Origin: Chiloscyllium plagiosum
Taxonomy: Eukaryota
DNA length: 64,000 nt
Direction of reading: 5' to 3'
NCBI RefSeq assembly: GCF_004010195.1
Contig: NC_057718.1
Span: 80,905,561-80,969,560 of the forward strand
Under the pieces are notes generated by a model that was not told where the DNA came from, made no database searches, and was given only the letters and a program-made list of their open reading frames with translations. Both the position numbers and the translations under genes were made by a program. Positions 38,266 through 52,674 of the stretch are shown one piece after another (the stretch's first letter is position 1; the number at the start of each line of letters is the position of its first letter).

Positions 38266-38490
38266 TTTTTGATTTGATTTTATTGTAGTCTCATATACCT
38301 AAGTACAGTGAAAAGCTTTGTTTTGTGAACAGTACAGGCAGATCATAGCAAACCAGGACATAGATCAAAGGGTGTTTAGAGCGAGGCATACAGGTTAGAC
38401 TGCACAGGAGATGTGTGAAGTCAGATCACCATTATTTGAAATTAGAGAGCCAATTTAGCAGTCTAATAATGGCAGGGAAGAAGCTAATCT
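38266..38490 (-). mobile_element. LINE 3'-tail remnant (probably Rex1-type)
   Basis: Minus strand AAGCTTTTCACTGTACTTAGGTATATGAGAC..AATAAAATCAAATCAAA; a similar tail lies on + at ~59898-59940. Confidence 0.5.
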
Positions 38491-40396
38491 TGAAAGTCTG
38501 ATTTAAGAATGTTCATACTAATGCAACCACATATGCAGGTGTAATTTTAAAGATCTGAATATGAGCATTCCCTTGTGACCAGCTCCTTTACGTTGTCCTG
38601 CATTGTTTCAATTTGTGTACAAATCAACTGGCAAGTAGTCTTCAGTCTGGAACACATTTGCACCACAGTGACTGCCTGTGTATGTCAACAATTTCAGCTT
38701 GTTACCGTGAGACTGAATATTTCAGTTTGGTTCTTGAGTGCGTTAATGCAGACATAAACTGTATGTATAGTAAATGGTTGTGGCCTCTTGACCAATTCTG
38801 TAATGTTCATGTGATACCAATTTTCACAAGACTGCACTTTGCCTTTGTCAACCACCCCCTTTGATATTTTGCAGAGCTGCTATTAATCCAGCTCAAATTT
38901 TGTGAAAAATAAATTTCTAAAACAATATCCTGGCATGAAAGCTTTGAAATGTTGCATTATAATCTTCAGAAATACCTTACGGATCACACTTCCAGAATTC
39001 TAGTCAAATTACAGTTCACACTTGTACCCTTATGTAATGCTCAGATGTTATATGGGAAGGGTTACTTAACAGTTTCATTGTGTACAGTATTTGTATAAGA
39101 GATAAAGGGACAGAATAAAGATTTTTGACATTCTTTAATTTGTGGGTAAAAAACATTTATTTTATTCCAAGTAGTTCCATACATATTGCTCTAAACCCCT
39201 TCTCACACAGCTGTTACTTAGTGACAGCAAGTTCACACAATATAGCATCATTGAGTTTTGTACTGTCCTTTGGCATTTATAGTTAGAACTTTATTTCTAA
39301 TTCATACCGAAGTAATCCTACTACTTTTGTTTATTAACTGATCAAGACTCTTATTTACTGATGATGTAACTCCATTATTCCACCAATTCCAATAGTGTCC
39401 CATTCACACTTGCATCCTCAAAGACTTGTCATTCAATAGCAAGTTTGCATTAAAATTTAAATGATCAGAATGAGATGGTGTGTGGGCAGTGCACATACTG
39501 GATATTCATTAGGAACAAAACATTTGCTTAACTATCTGAAATCTGTTTATATGAGAACACGTTCACACTGTTGCTTGTGATTCTGTGCAGTCCCATGATA
39601 TGGGATAAATAACTTGATTTTTAATTTACCATTTTTTTTGCAAAATGGCAGGATTATCTGTGTAGCTAATTTCATTGCTGCAACACATTGCTGATTTTCC
39701 AAGCTTGCAAGATGGGAGGTGCTGAGCTGAGGTCTGAGATTTCTGCAGTTGAAGGGTTCAAAACCTGATGAAAAGAAAATGTGTGCGTTCACTGGAGGAT
39801 AATGCATCCTTGCGGGGGACAAAATGCTTCCTTTTGTCAGTTTGCAAAATGGGTAAATTAAATAAAGAAACCTGTCCCATGGCAGTTTTTTCTAGTCTCT
39901 TATTTATAGTTCTTTATAAGACTAATATTTTAGTTTACTAATACACTGTTGAAAACATGTCTATTTAGTGAAGTATACAACTGAATTCCGAGGAATCCAT
40001 ATCATGAGTTGCTCATTTGGGCTAATTCCAAATCAGGAAGTTGAGTTTGCATGATGCACTGAAACATCTAGAGAAAATACACACTCCAGCCCCTGTTTCC
40101 CAATGGAATTGTTTACTTTCCAAAGAACTGTCTGGTTTATAGTCTCCTGCATTGTGTGGTGGAAATTGTAGTCTTGATGGCGAGACACCCAGATCAAGAT
40201 TGACAAGAAGCACAGGTCTACTTGCATGGCTGCAAATTACAAGAAAGCTTAGTAGCGCTGCAGCTGGTTTGCTGTTTGTCCATAATCTTCAAGATAAGAT
40301 GCAGTCCCTCCTAGATTATGTACAATAAATCACATTTTAGAACAAAAATGTAAATGTGAGGTAATTGAAAATTTCTGTAATGAAATGTTTCTGTAC

Positions 40397-40580
40397 TGCT
40401 CCGGTTTCCTCCCACAGTCCAAAGATGTGCAGGTCAAGGTGAATTGACCACGCTAAATTGCCCGTAGTGTTAGGTAAGGGGTAAATGTAGGGGTATGGGT
40501 GGGTTGCGCTTCGGCGGGTCGGTGTGGACTTGTTGGGCCGAAGGGCCTGTTTCCACACTGTAATGTAATCTAATCTAATC
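40397..40580 (+). mobile_element. 5'-truncated HE1-type SINE
   Basis: CTCCGGTTTCCTCCCACAGTCCAAAGATGTGCAGG..GGGCCTGTTTCCACACTGTAATG(TAATC)n. Confidence 0.9.
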
Positions 40581-40589
40581 ATGAGACCA

Positions 40590-42330
40590 AATAAAATCAG
40601 TGAACATAACCAATAGTCTTCGGAGTGAGATTATTAGATAAACCATCTCACTGTGGCTCAGTAGTGCTACCGCTGACCAAACTAAAGGACATGTTGCTAG
40701 ACTGGGTCTGTGGCAGGTGATGAGGGAACCAACAAAAGGAATTCTCTATTTAAGATGGTAAGTGATGTAGTTGATCCAGAGATGAGAGTCTTGAAACAAA
40801 ATGAAGGAAAATACATTGGTATGAGGTGTTAGCTGACTATGGTGAATTGGGTAGTGTTTCTTAAGGGGATGATGGTGGAGAGACAATGGCAAACATTTAA
40901 AGTGTGCATGGTGGAATGGCAATAATTGTTCACATCTATCTGGCACAAAAATTAAAATGGGAAAGATAGCCTAACCATGGCTAACAAGGGAAATTAGGCA
41001 TAGTGTTAGATCCAAGGAAGGGGCTTACAAATTGGCGAACAAAACAACAGACCTGAGAATTTGGAGTGTTTAGATTTCAATAGAGGAGAACAAAAGGACT
41101 TGTTTGTTCTAAGAGGGGTCAAATAATGTAAGCTTACGGGGAACAAACTAATTGATTATAAAAGCTTCTATATGTACGTGAAGAGAAAAAAATGTTGAAA
41201 ATACATCTAGGTCCCATTCTGTCAAACAGGGGAAGTTACAATTGGCAGCAAAGATGGCAGACCAAATTCATACGTATTTTGGTTCTTCCTTCACAAAAGA
41301 TGCCAATAATGGTTCAAAAGTGTTGTGAAATGCAGAACCTAATGAGAGGTAGCACCTGTAGGAAATATGATGGCATTGGAGAAATTGATGGGGTTAAAGG
41401 TTGATAAATCCCCAGAGTACGCAAGGAAGTGGCCCTCATCGTCACCTTTCAAGATTCTATGGATTCTGGAACAGTTCCTATGGATCAGAGGGTAGCTATA
41501 ACCCTTTTCCTTTCTAACCAAAAAAAAAGAGAAAACTGAATTATAGACAGGTTCATCTGACATTGGTAATGGGAAAAATGCCAGAGACTGTTTTGAAAGA
41601 TTTAATAACAGAGCACTTAGAAAACAGTAACAGGATCAGACAAAGTCAGCATAAAATTATGAATGGGAAATCGTGCATGACAAATCTTGTAATTTTCAAG
41701 AATGTATCTAGTAGAGTCTATAAGGGGAAGAAAGTAGATGTGGTTTAGTTGGATTTTTTATAGATGGCTTTGATAATATCCCATGTAAGAGATTAGCACG
41801 TAAAGGTAAAGCCCATGGGATTAGTAGCAACATGGATAGCGAACTGGTGGGCATACAGCAGCCAAGCATCAGGGACAAATTGGTCTTTTTTTTCAAGTGA
41901 CAGGCACTGATCAGTGCTGGGATCCAGATTGGTTTAAGGTTGACCAGACTAATGTATGAAAAGAGACTGGACTGGTTAGGCCTACATTCACTGGAGTTTA
42001 GAAAAGGGAGGGATCTCTCAGAAATGTAGAAAGCATGTTCCTGATGCCTGGGAGTCCGGAGTTAGGACAGTTTAAGAAAAGGGGTAGACCATTTAGGAAT
42101 GCGATGAGAAATTTCTTCACCCAGAGAGTGGTAAGCCGATGGAATTCTCTGTCCGAGATGGTGGTTGAAGCCAAAACATTGAGTATTTTTCCAAGGAGTG
42201 AGATGCAGTTCTTGGGGCGAAAGGAATCAAAGGGATGCGAAAGGGGTGGGAATCAGATACTGAATTGGATGGTCAGCCCTGATCTTGGTGATTGGCAGAG
42301 CTGAATGGCCCAATTCTCTTATTTTTCCTA
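40590..42330 (+). mobile_element. Heavily decayed CR1-like ORF2
   Basis: IRQSQHKIMNGKSCMTNL; RNFFTQRVVSRWNSL. Confidence 0.75.
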
Positions 42331-42849
42331 TGTTTAACTCATCCTCACCAATCTGTCTATTGTCGCCGCACCTTTCCATGTCCTCTGTGACAAGATCCTG
42401 TTTTCACATTGAGAACATCCTCAATCTTGCTGTACAGTTGTACTGCGATGTTAAATTGATTAGATTTCAAATGTATCTAGCAACTTGAAATCTTTGCTTT
42501 CCTTGAGGCACTGTTAACAGCAAAATTGTATTCAACCATGCACTTCTCCATTACCATCAAATAAGGAAAGCAACTTTGGCTTAATGAGTGCAGGGCGTGG
42601 GTGTACCTAAAAATTGAGGTGTCCATCTGTTAAAGCGACATCACGGGACTCCTTGCAGCAAACGGCCTCTCTTACCAAATGATAGCCTTTGCTAAGCGAT
42701 TCCAAAGCCTATAGTTCAGAACTATAAACTCTGCAACCCTGTCGTCTACAGTAGTGAATGGTGCTAGATAATTAAACAACACTGGGTGATGGAGGCTTCA
42801 CAAATATACCCAGTGATTGTGGAGCCCAGTATACCAAGTGCAAAAGATG

Positions 42850-44200
42850 GGCTGAAATATCTGGAGTGCTGGTGGATGATCAGTCTTCGCCTTGTCCCAT
42901 TCAATGAGAAGAAACTGCTGAAAGCACTGGATACTGCAAAGGCTGCGGGCCATGACAACCTGGCAATAGTACTGAAGACATGCGGAATTTACCAAGCTGT
43001 TTCGGTACAGCAATAGCCTACTGAACTATACCTGACAATGTGGAAAATTGTCAGGTATGTCCATTAGGTGAAAGTGAGGACTGCAGATGCTGTAGATCTG
43101 AGTCGAAAGTGTGCTGCTGGAAAAGCACAGCAGGTCAGGCAACATCCGAGGAGCAGGGAAATTGACTTCTCGGGCAAAAGCCCTTCATCAGGTATGTCCA
43201 ATAGGCTTGATGCAGGACAAATTCAACCTGATTACTGATGAACAATAGAGACTTTACTGAGACAGTAAAGTAATGTAGGGGCCATCAACAGTACTATTGA
43301 GTATCCTGGCTTAGCTATAACTCATTCACTGATGCTTAGTTGGGATTCTGCCAGTACCACTCAGCAGCTGACCTCATTTCAGCCTTTGTTCAAACATAGG
43401 CAAAACAGTTGGACTCCAGAGATGAATTGATAGGGCGGTCTTTGTCAAGATCAAGTTTGATTCAGTATGGCATTAAGAGCCCTAGTGAAACTAATCATTT
43501 TGAATCTGGGCGGAATCGGGGAAGAGCCTGCCTAATGCAAAACAAGGAATATGGTTGTGGTTGATGGAAGCTGATCATCCTGGCACCAAGGCATCTCTGC
43601 AGGGCTTCTATAGGGTCATATCCTAAGCCTAACCATCTTCATATGCTTAATGAATGATCTTTCCTCAGAATTAGGTCAGAAGTGGCAATGTTTGTTTGCG
43701 CAATGTTGAGAACCACTGCAACTCATATACTGAAGCAGTCCATGGTCAAATGCAGTAAGACCTGGACAAAATATCAAGGCATGAGTTGACAATTGGCAAG
43801 TAAAATTCATACTCCACAACTACCAGACTGTACCCATCTCCAACAAGAGAGCTCATGCAACAATGTCACATTCAGTGACATTACCAATTCTCTGAATCCT
43901 CCACTGTCCACATCCTCGAGACTACTGTTGACCAGAAACAACTGGACTAGTCACTCAAATACCATGTCGACAGGACCAGGTCAGAGACCAGGAATCCTGC
44001 AGAAAGGAGCTCTCCTCCTGACTCTCTGAAACCTGCTTAACACTTACAAGGCACATGTTAGGAGTTTGCTGGAATGCCCCCCACTTGCCTGGATGAATGC
44101 AGCTCCAGTATCACTAAAGAAGCCTGACTCCATCCAGGACAGTGCAGCATGCTTGATATTAGCACCACATTCTCAAGCATTCATTTCTACCAAAACCAAG
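42850..44200 (+). mobile_element. Ancient non-LTR LINE RT remnant (CR1/L2/Jockey group, family uncertain)
   Basis: KKLLKALDTAKAAGHDNLAIVLKTC followed by decayed RT-like sequence; appears to continue at ~44750-45110. Confidence 0.6.
43069..43192 (-). mobile_element. Short PLE-derived 3'-end insertion beginning at the hammerhead core
   Basis: Minus strand CCTGATGAAGGGCTTTTGCCCGAGAAGTC..GCATCTGCAGTCCTCACTTTC is homologous to 27436-27560; 18-bp TSD TCAGGTATGTCCA(T/A)TAGG at 43051-43068 and 43188-43205. Confidence 0.82.
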
Positions 44201-44224
44201 GCACCCTGGTGCATTGACATAATA

Positions 44225-44752
44225 CAGGGTGTGGGTTAGGCCACTTTCGAATACCGCATTCAGTTCTGGTCTCCCTGATATCGGAAGGATATTGTGAAAT
44301 TTAGAAGGGTGCAGGGTATAGTTACAGGGATGTTGTCAGGTTTCGAGGTTTGAGCTATGGGAGAGGCTGAATAGGCCGAAGCTATTTTCCCTGGAACATT
44401 GGAGGGTGAGGGGTGACCACACAGCAGTTGATAAAATCGTGAAGGGCATGACCGGATGAATGGTGAAGGTCTTTTCCCCAGGGTATGAGAGTCCAAAACT
44501 AGAGGGCAGAGGTTTAAGGTGAGAGGGGAGGGATTTAAAGGGACCAAAGAGGCAACTTTATCACAATGGGTGCCAGAGATGGTGATGGAGGCTGGTGTGA
44601 TTACAACATTTAAAAGGCTTTGGATGGGTGTATGAATGGGAAGAGTTTGGGGGAATATGGGCTAAATGCTGACAAGTGGGGCTAGATTACTTTAGGATAT
44701 CTAGTCAGCATGGATGAGTTGGATCTGTTTCCATGCTGTACATCTCTGACTC
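44225..44752 (+). mobile_element. CR1 3' fragment
   Basis: GTTAGGCCACTT..CAGTTCTGGTCTCC through CTGTTTCCATGCTGTACATCTCTGACTCT. Confidence 0.88.
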
Positions 44753-45388
44753 TGGTGGCAGTGTGTACAACCTATAAGATGCGCTACAGACGCTCACCAA
44801 AGATTTTTCTAAAATGCTGTCGAAACCCACAAGAAGGTAAAGGTAGCAGATAAATGGGAGCACAACCTCCTGCAAGTTCCCCTCCAAGCATTTCACCATC
44901 CAGACTTGGAAATATACTGTTGTTCCTTCAGTGTTGCTGGATCAAAATCCTGAAACTCTTTTCAAAACAGTATTGTAATGTGGTGTACTTAGAAACCATG
45001 ATCTACAGCAGTTCAAGAAGGTCGTTCACCATCAGCACCTCAGGTACAAGGTTGGGCAATAAATGTTGGCCTGATTGGTAAGCCCATGTTCCCAGATGAA
45101 TTTTAAAAACAAAAATGATGGGATCGCAGGTCAGTATAACACCAGCTGCACAAGCTTGGATTTTGCCAGTCGATCACAGGTACACAGTACTTCTGGAGGT
45201 GACAAGATCCTGTCACATTGGTCATACTGTCTACCCTAATATGGTGTGGAGGTGGCAGGGGTTCATTTAGAGCAGGAGTGTTTGAGTATACATAAACCAG
45301 GATATTTTAAGAAAAGGTGAGACTAAGTGTTCAAATAAGAGAACAACTTAAATTGCTCACAGTACACAAAGTTAAGATCGGTTTTTTT

Positions 45389-45694
45389 GATTAGATTACA
45401 GTGTGGAAACAGGCCCTTCGGCCCAACAAGTCCACACCGACCCGCCGAAGCGAAACCCACCCATACCCCTACATTTACCCCTTACCTAACACTACGGGCA
45501 ATTTAGTATGGCCAATTCACCTAACCTGCATATCTTTGGACTGTCGGAGGAAACCGGAGCACCCGGAGGAAACCCACGCAGACACGGGGAGAACGTGCAA
45601 ACTCCACACAGTCAGTCGCCTGAGTCGGGAATTGAACCCGGGTCTCTGGCGCTGCGAGGCAGCAGTGCTAGCCACTGTGCCACCGTGCCGCCCA
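45389..45694 (-). mobile_element. Full-length, young HE1/V-SINE-type SINE
   Basis: Intact CpGs, tRNA-like A/B boxes, TCTAA tail. Confidence 0.93.
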
Positions 45695-47736
45695 CAATAA
45701 ATGTTGGCCTGATTGGTACATTTGCAAACCAGGGTCTAATTTAGGTTCTAGCATGCTGTTGCTATTTTGTGGTTAATTTAGGTTGGTTTCCCAATTTAAG
45801 ATTAATTCCAATTTACAAGGTAAACAAGTTTCAATGCACTTTGCATTGACTGGAATTCCTGTCTTCAACCTCGCACTCCCCTCTTTCACGCAAGTTAATT
45901 TCTTAGTTCTAATGGGAAATAATTGTTTGTAATTGAATTGAGATAAGCAATTTATTTGGTATATGCAAATGAAAAGTAATATTTTAATAACCATATTTGT
46001 GAGTTTTGTCTTGAAGAAAGTGTAAAACTTTATATTAAGATTCTGGATATGGTCAGAGCAGCAAAAGAAAAGAAAATATAACTTTGGCAATGAGGACTTG
46101 TATTTATGTAAAATTGTTAATGAGATTAAAAATTCCTAAACACTTCATAGATATATTATAATGCAAAATTTGACAACAAGCCAGCAAAGGGTGATATTGA
46201 GTAAGATGGCCATGGCTTGGTCAAAGAACTAGCCTTTAAGGAGAGACTTAAAGGAGGAAAGAAAAGTAGAACAATGGAGGTGAAGGCAGGGAAAGCCAGA
46301 CCTTTAAAATTAAGACGTTAAAGAGACGTTGGAAAAATACTGACGTCTCTCTCCCCCCCCCGCCTCATCGCCATAGAGTAAGTGTTGAGAGAGACATTTG
46401 CAAACCAGGATGAGAATTATAAAATCAAATTGTTGGTTTGCTCAGGGTCTAATTTAGGCCAGCAGTTACAGGCAACTTGTCAAGATAGGGACTGAGTCAT
46501 TTGGAAGATTATAATTTTGTCCAGTATAATATACAAGATGGTCTAGGAATATGGTGGAAAAGTCAAACTTGGAGGATAACAAAGGCATGGATGAGAGTTT
46601 CAGCAAGAGAGGAGCTGTTATCAATACCAAATCAGTTGATTTGTGAAGCTCGAAATAGGTACCTATGTGGAAGATGTAGGATTTCAGCTTCTTTTGGGTT
46701 CACCGTCTGATTTAGCCTTAGTAGGTTTGCCAGGAAGAGAATTGTAATTGGCAACTAGGGGGCGTGACTTTTTGCACATACTGCAGAGCTGGACAATTTT
46801 GGATAAATTCATGTCACCCCCCTGAAAAATGCTCTGTATGTTTCTTCTATACTTTTTTCTAAAAAAAATGCAACAGATAATCGCTGAACAATTCATCATT
46901 TGTAAACTTTCTGGTAAGTTTATGTGCAAAGAACCAAACCAATTCTGAGCACTTCCTTCAGACTGGTCCACATTTTAAGGAACTAAATGGAGCTAGCTCT
47001 CATATGCATTTGAAACCTTTTTTTTGATTTTCTCAATGCCATTTTAAGATCAGATGCTAGATCAACCATTTGATATTGAAGCACAGTTTAGATACTTTCG
47101 AAAACCTGAAGCAAAATTGAGGAGCACTTTCAGAAGGATATGTTGTTCTTTAACTGATAATTCACAACCAAATGATGAAACTTTATAAATTAGAATATTT
47201 CAGTGCAAACTTTGCATGTAAACTGGTGTTCACTTCCCCACGTAGTTATGTACTGGTTTCAGTTATGTTTATGGTTGGAGGGTGGAGTGCATGGAAGTAA
47301 GGTGTTTCTTCACAGAACACAAGTGAATTTAGATGAATTTCTGTTTTCTGTTTTTTCACACCTCATTTGGTTAGATTGAGAGCAATATATGCATGGCCTT
47401 AGGAAAGGTTCCTTCCCTGTTTCTTACAATTATGGATTGATGCAGGGTATAGTTGGACTTAAAAGAATAGTTTAGTTCATGCTGATGAGCTATTACTAAT
47501 TTGCTAAGTGCAGATTTTGTATTTACAATTTTGTAGCTACATTGAGCAATAGTAGCATATCTTTATTTGGTCATTGCTTTCATTGATTCTTTTTGTGCTA
47601 TATCATTCTATGAATCAACTTGGTCCGTTGTTGTTCAGTTGAACGAGCTCCCTGCCCTAATTTGCATGAAATGTCCATCAATCTAAAATGTTATTAAAAA
47701 GTTGACTTTGTTTCTGTTCTATTAATGCTGTCTGAC

Positions 47737-50700
47737 AGTCATAGAGATATACAACATGGAAACAGACCCTTCAGTCCAACCCATCCATGCCGACCAGATA
47801 TCCCAACCCAATCTAGTCCCACATGCCAGCACCTGGCCCATATCCCTCCAAACCCTTCCCATTCATATACCCATACAAATGCCTCTTAAATGTTGCAATT
47901 GTACTAGCCTCCACCACATCCTCTGGCAGCTCATTCCATACACGTAACCACCCTCTGCGTGAAAAAGTTGCCCCTTATATCTTTCCCCTCTCACCCTAAG
48001 CCAATGCCCTGTAGTTCTGGACTCCCTGACCCCTATTTATCCTATCCATGCCCCTCATAACTTTATAAACTTCTTTCAGGTCACCCCTCAGCCTCCGACG
48101 CTCCAGGGAAAACAGCCCCAGCCTATTCAGCGTCTCCCTCGAGCTCAAATCCTCCAACCCTGGCAACGTCCTTGTAAAACCTTTCTGAGCCCTTTCAAGT
48201 TTCACAACATCTTTCCGATAGGAAGGAGACCAGAATTGCACGCAATATTCCAACAGTGGCCTAACCAATGTCCTGTACAACTGCAACATGACCTCCCAAC
48301 TCCTGTACTCAATACTCTGACCAATAAAAGAAAGCATACCAAATGTCGCCTTCACTATCCTATCTACCTGCGACTCCACTTTCAAGGAGCTATGAACCTG
48401 CACTCCAAGGTGTCTTTGTTCAGCAACACTCCCTAGGACCTTACCATTAAGTGTATACGTCCTGCTAAGATTTGCTTTCCCAAAATGCAGCACCTCGCAT
48501 TTATCTGAATTAAACTCCATCTGCCACTTCTCAGCCCATTGGCCCCTCTGGTCCAGATCCTGTTGTAATCTGAGGTAACCTTCTTCGCTGTCCACTACAC
48601 TTCCAATTTTGGTGTCATCTGCAAACTTACTAAGTGTACCTCTTATGCTTGCATCCAAATCATTTATATAAATGACAAAAGGTAGAGGGCACAGCACCGA
48701 TCCTTGTGACGCTACACTGGTCACAGGCCACCAGTCTGAAAAACAACCTTCATCACCACCCTCTGTCTTCTACCTTTGAGCCAGTTCTGTATCCAAATGG
48801 CTAGTTTCCCTGTATTCCATGAGATCTAACCTTGCTACCCAGTCTCCCATGGGGCAGCTTGTCGAACGCCATACTGAATTCCATATAGATCACATCTACT
48901 GCTCTGCCCTCATCAATCCTCTTTGTTACTTCGTCAAAAAACTCAATTAAGTTTGTGACACATGATTTCCCAAGCACAAAGCCATGTTGACTATCCCTAA
49001 TCGGTCCTTGCCTTTCCAAGTACATGTACATCCTGTCCCTCAGGATTCCCTCCAACAACTTGCCCACCACCAACATCAGACTCACCGGTCTGTAGTTCCC
49101 TGGCTTGTCCTTACCACCCTTCTTAAACAGTGGCACCACACTTGCCAGTCTTCCGGCACCTCACCTGTGACTATCGATGATACAAATATCTCAGCAAGAG
49201 GCCCAGCAATCACTTCTCTAGCTTCCCATAGAGTTCTCGGGTACACCTGATCAGGTCCTGGGGATTTATCCACTTTTAACCATTTCAAGACATCCAGCAC
49301 TTCCTCTGTAATCTGGACATTTTGCAAGATGTCACCATCTATTTCCCTACAGTCTATCTTCTATATCCTTTTCCACAGTAAATACTGATGCAAAATATTC
49401 ATTTAGTATCTCCCCCATTTTCTGTGGCTCCACACAAAGGCCACCTTGCTGATCGTTGAGGGGCCCTATTCTCTCCCTAGTTACCCTTTTGTCCTTAATA
49501 TATTTGTAAAAACCCTTTGGATTCTCCTTAATTCTGTTTACCAAAGCTATCTCATGTCCCCTTTTTGCCCTCCTGATTTCCTTTATGCTCTTCTAAGGAT
49601 TCACTCGATCTATCCTGTCTATACCTGACATATGCTTCCTTTTTCTTAACCAAACCCTCAATTCTTTTAGTCATCCAGCATTCCCTGTACCTACCAGCCT
49701 TTCCTTTCACCCTGACAGGAATACACTTTCTCTGGATTCTTGTTATCTCATTTCTGAAGGCTTCCCATTTTCCAGCCGTCCCTTTACCTGGGAACATCTG
49801 CCACTTTCGAAAGTTCTTACCTAATACCGTCCAAATTGGCCTTTCTCCAATTTAGAACTTCAACGTTTAGATCTGATCTATCCTTTTTCGTCACTATTTT
49901 AAAACAAATAGAATTATGGTTGCTGGCCCCAAAGGCTCCCCCACTGACATCTCTGCCATAAATGTTGTTGGATGCGAATCTTATCAGATTGCTCTGACAC
50001 CTCTGTCACCTGCCCTGCCTTATTTCACAGGAGTAGGTCAAGTTTTGCACCTTCTCTAGTAGGTACATTCACATACTGAATCAGAAAATTCTCTTGTACG
50101 CATTTAAGAAATGCCTCTCCATCTAAACCTTTAACACTATGGCAGTCCCAGTCTGTGTTTGGAAAGTTAAAATCCCCTACCATAACAACCGATTGTTCTT
50201 GCAGATAGCTGAGATCTCCTTTAAAAGTTTGTTTCTCAATTTCCATCTGACTATTAGGGGGTCTATAATACAATCCCAATAAGGTTATCATTCCTTTCTT
50301 ATTGCTCAGTTCCATCCAAATAACTTTCCTGGATGGATTTCTGGGAATATCGTCTCTCCACACAGCTGTAATGCCTTATCAAAAATGCCACTCCCCCTCC
50401 TCTCTTGCCTCCCTTTCTCTCCTTCCTGTAGCATTTGTATGCAGGGACATGAAGCTGCCAGTCCTGCCCATCCCTGTGCCATGTTTCTGTAATTGTTATG
50501 ATATCCCAGTCCCATGTTCCTAACCATGCCCTGAGTTCATCTGCTTTCCCTGTTAGGCCCCTTGCATTGAAATAAATGCAGTTTAACTTTTTCATCCTAC
50601 CTTGCCCCTGCCTACCCTGACTGTTTTACTCATTTCTGTTCTCAACTGTACCAGTCTCAGACTGATCTCTTTTTTCCTCACTATCTCCCTGGGTCCCCCC

Positions 50701-51710
50701 CCCCACCCTACTAGTTTAAATTCTCCCAAGCAGTTCTAGCAAATTTCCCTGCGACTATATTAGTCCCCTTCCAATTTATGTGCAATCCGTCCTTCTTGTA
50801 CAAGTCACTTCATACCCCAAAAGAGATTCCAATGATCCAAAAATGTGAATCCTTGTCCCATACACCAGCTCCTCAGTCATGCATTCATCTGCTCTATCCT
50901 CCTATTCCTGCCCTCACTAGCTTGTATCACTGGGAGTAATCCAGATATTACTACTTTCGAGGACCTCCTTATTAAATTTCCGCCTAACTCTCTGTAATCT
51001 CCCTTCAGAATCTCAACCTTTTCCCTTCCTATATCATTGGCTCCAATGTGGACAATGACCTCTTTCTGGTCCCTCTTCCCCCGTGAGAACATTCTTCACC
51101 CTCTCTGAGACATCCGTGATCCTGGCATCAGGGAAACAACACACCATTCTGCTTTTTCTCTGCTGGCCACAAACGTCTGTTTGTATCTCGGACTACAGAA
51201 TCCCCTAACACAATTGATCTCTTGGAGGCCGACGTACCCCTCATTGCATTACAGCCAGTCTCAATACTAAAAATTTGGCTGTTCGTGCTACGTTCCCCTG
51301 AGAATCCATCACCCCCTACATTTTCCAAATCAGCATACCTGTTTGAAATGGGTATATCCACAAGACTCTCCTGCCCTAGGTGCCTACCTCTCTTACCCTT
51401 CCTGGAGTTAACCCATCTATGTGACTGTATCTGAGACTTTACCCCCTCCCTATACCTGCCATCCATCACATACTGTTGCTGTTGCAAATTTCTCATCGCT
51501 TCTAACTGTCTCTCCAACCGATCCATTCGATCTTATAAGATTCGCATTCAACAGCATTTATGGCAGATATAATCCACAGTAACCCTTAAACTCTCTTTAA
51601 ACTCTCACATCTGACAAGAAGTACATAGCACTGTACTAAAGGTCATTTTTGCTCCTTCACAATCTACAGACCCAGAAAATAACACCATCTTATTCCTCTA
51701 CCAAACACTG
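47737..51710 (-). mobile_element. Near full-length CR1 LINE (ORF1 + ORF2, frameshifted), antisense in the QKI intron
   Basis: ORF1 MDRLERQLEAMRNL..IVLGDSVVRDT..VIVHIGANDIGR; ORF2 CIYFNARGL..NYRPVSL..KFADDTK.. Confidence 0.95.
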
Positions 51711-52674
51711 CACCAGACTTTTCTTCAGTCACATTTTGTTCTTACTGCAAATGCTAGAAATCTGAAATATTTTGCTTTTGTGTTTCTGTTAAAGCAACAG
51801 ATGATGGGTCACTTTTTAAAAAGAAGAATTACCTTTCACAGTTGAGAACCATGTCATATTTTGTTGGGTCCTCACTGCATTAAGCAATAAATCTGCAGGA
51901 AATTAGCCCAAATTTCAAGTTTTAATGAAAATTTGTGTACACACAAATAGATTCCCCATGGCCACCACTCTTTCAATCAAAGTTACTAGGCTGGTCTAAT
52001 TTTAAATATTGAATGTAAATAATTCAACCTCATTTTCATGCTAATATGGTTCAATCAATCATTACTGCTCTAAAATATTCCCTGCCTGAGTTTAGTAGCT
52101 TGTGTTCCAGTCATAGAGATGTACAGCATGGAAACAGACCCTTCGATCCTTGTCACTTTTTTTTTGCAGAGTTTCATGATACTAACAGGCAGTATCTGTT
52201 CTTTGTTTTTGTATTTTTGGATATTGTCTGTTTCTCAAAACCGCAATCCTGATAGACATACAAAGGCATGTTCAAGCTCAATGACAGTCTGCTGACAGTC
52301 TGTTGGACTAATTTCTGAATTAATATTAAATGGTGGAGTTTTAAGCTTCGTGAAGTTTAGAGATGTTGTGGTGGAAGATAGGTTTCCATTTCTGGTGTCT
52401 ACAGCATCAGCTTCCAGAATCTTAACTGAAAGAAGGCAATTGTATTAAGTGTACAATTTTCCAATATAGACATGCATGTGCATGATTGGCAGTTTGTTTG
52501 TAATAAACTAATTTGCCATTATCCCAGAGAACCTTGGGGCTGCTCATTTATTAGAGGGAGATGACTTGTGCTGTTTAACCTGAGTCACCATGTCTCTCAT
52601 ATTGGGGGAGGGGTTCAGAAGTGGGATCTTTGTGGTGACCTTGGCTGATGCAGGAATTGAATCTGTGCTGTTGA

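Noticed and set aside
33740..39945. QKI-binding ACUAAY motifs in intron 1 as an autoregulation signal
   Set aside because: About eight scattered hits in ~6 kb of AT-rich sequence is not obviously above chance, and there is no tight cluster.
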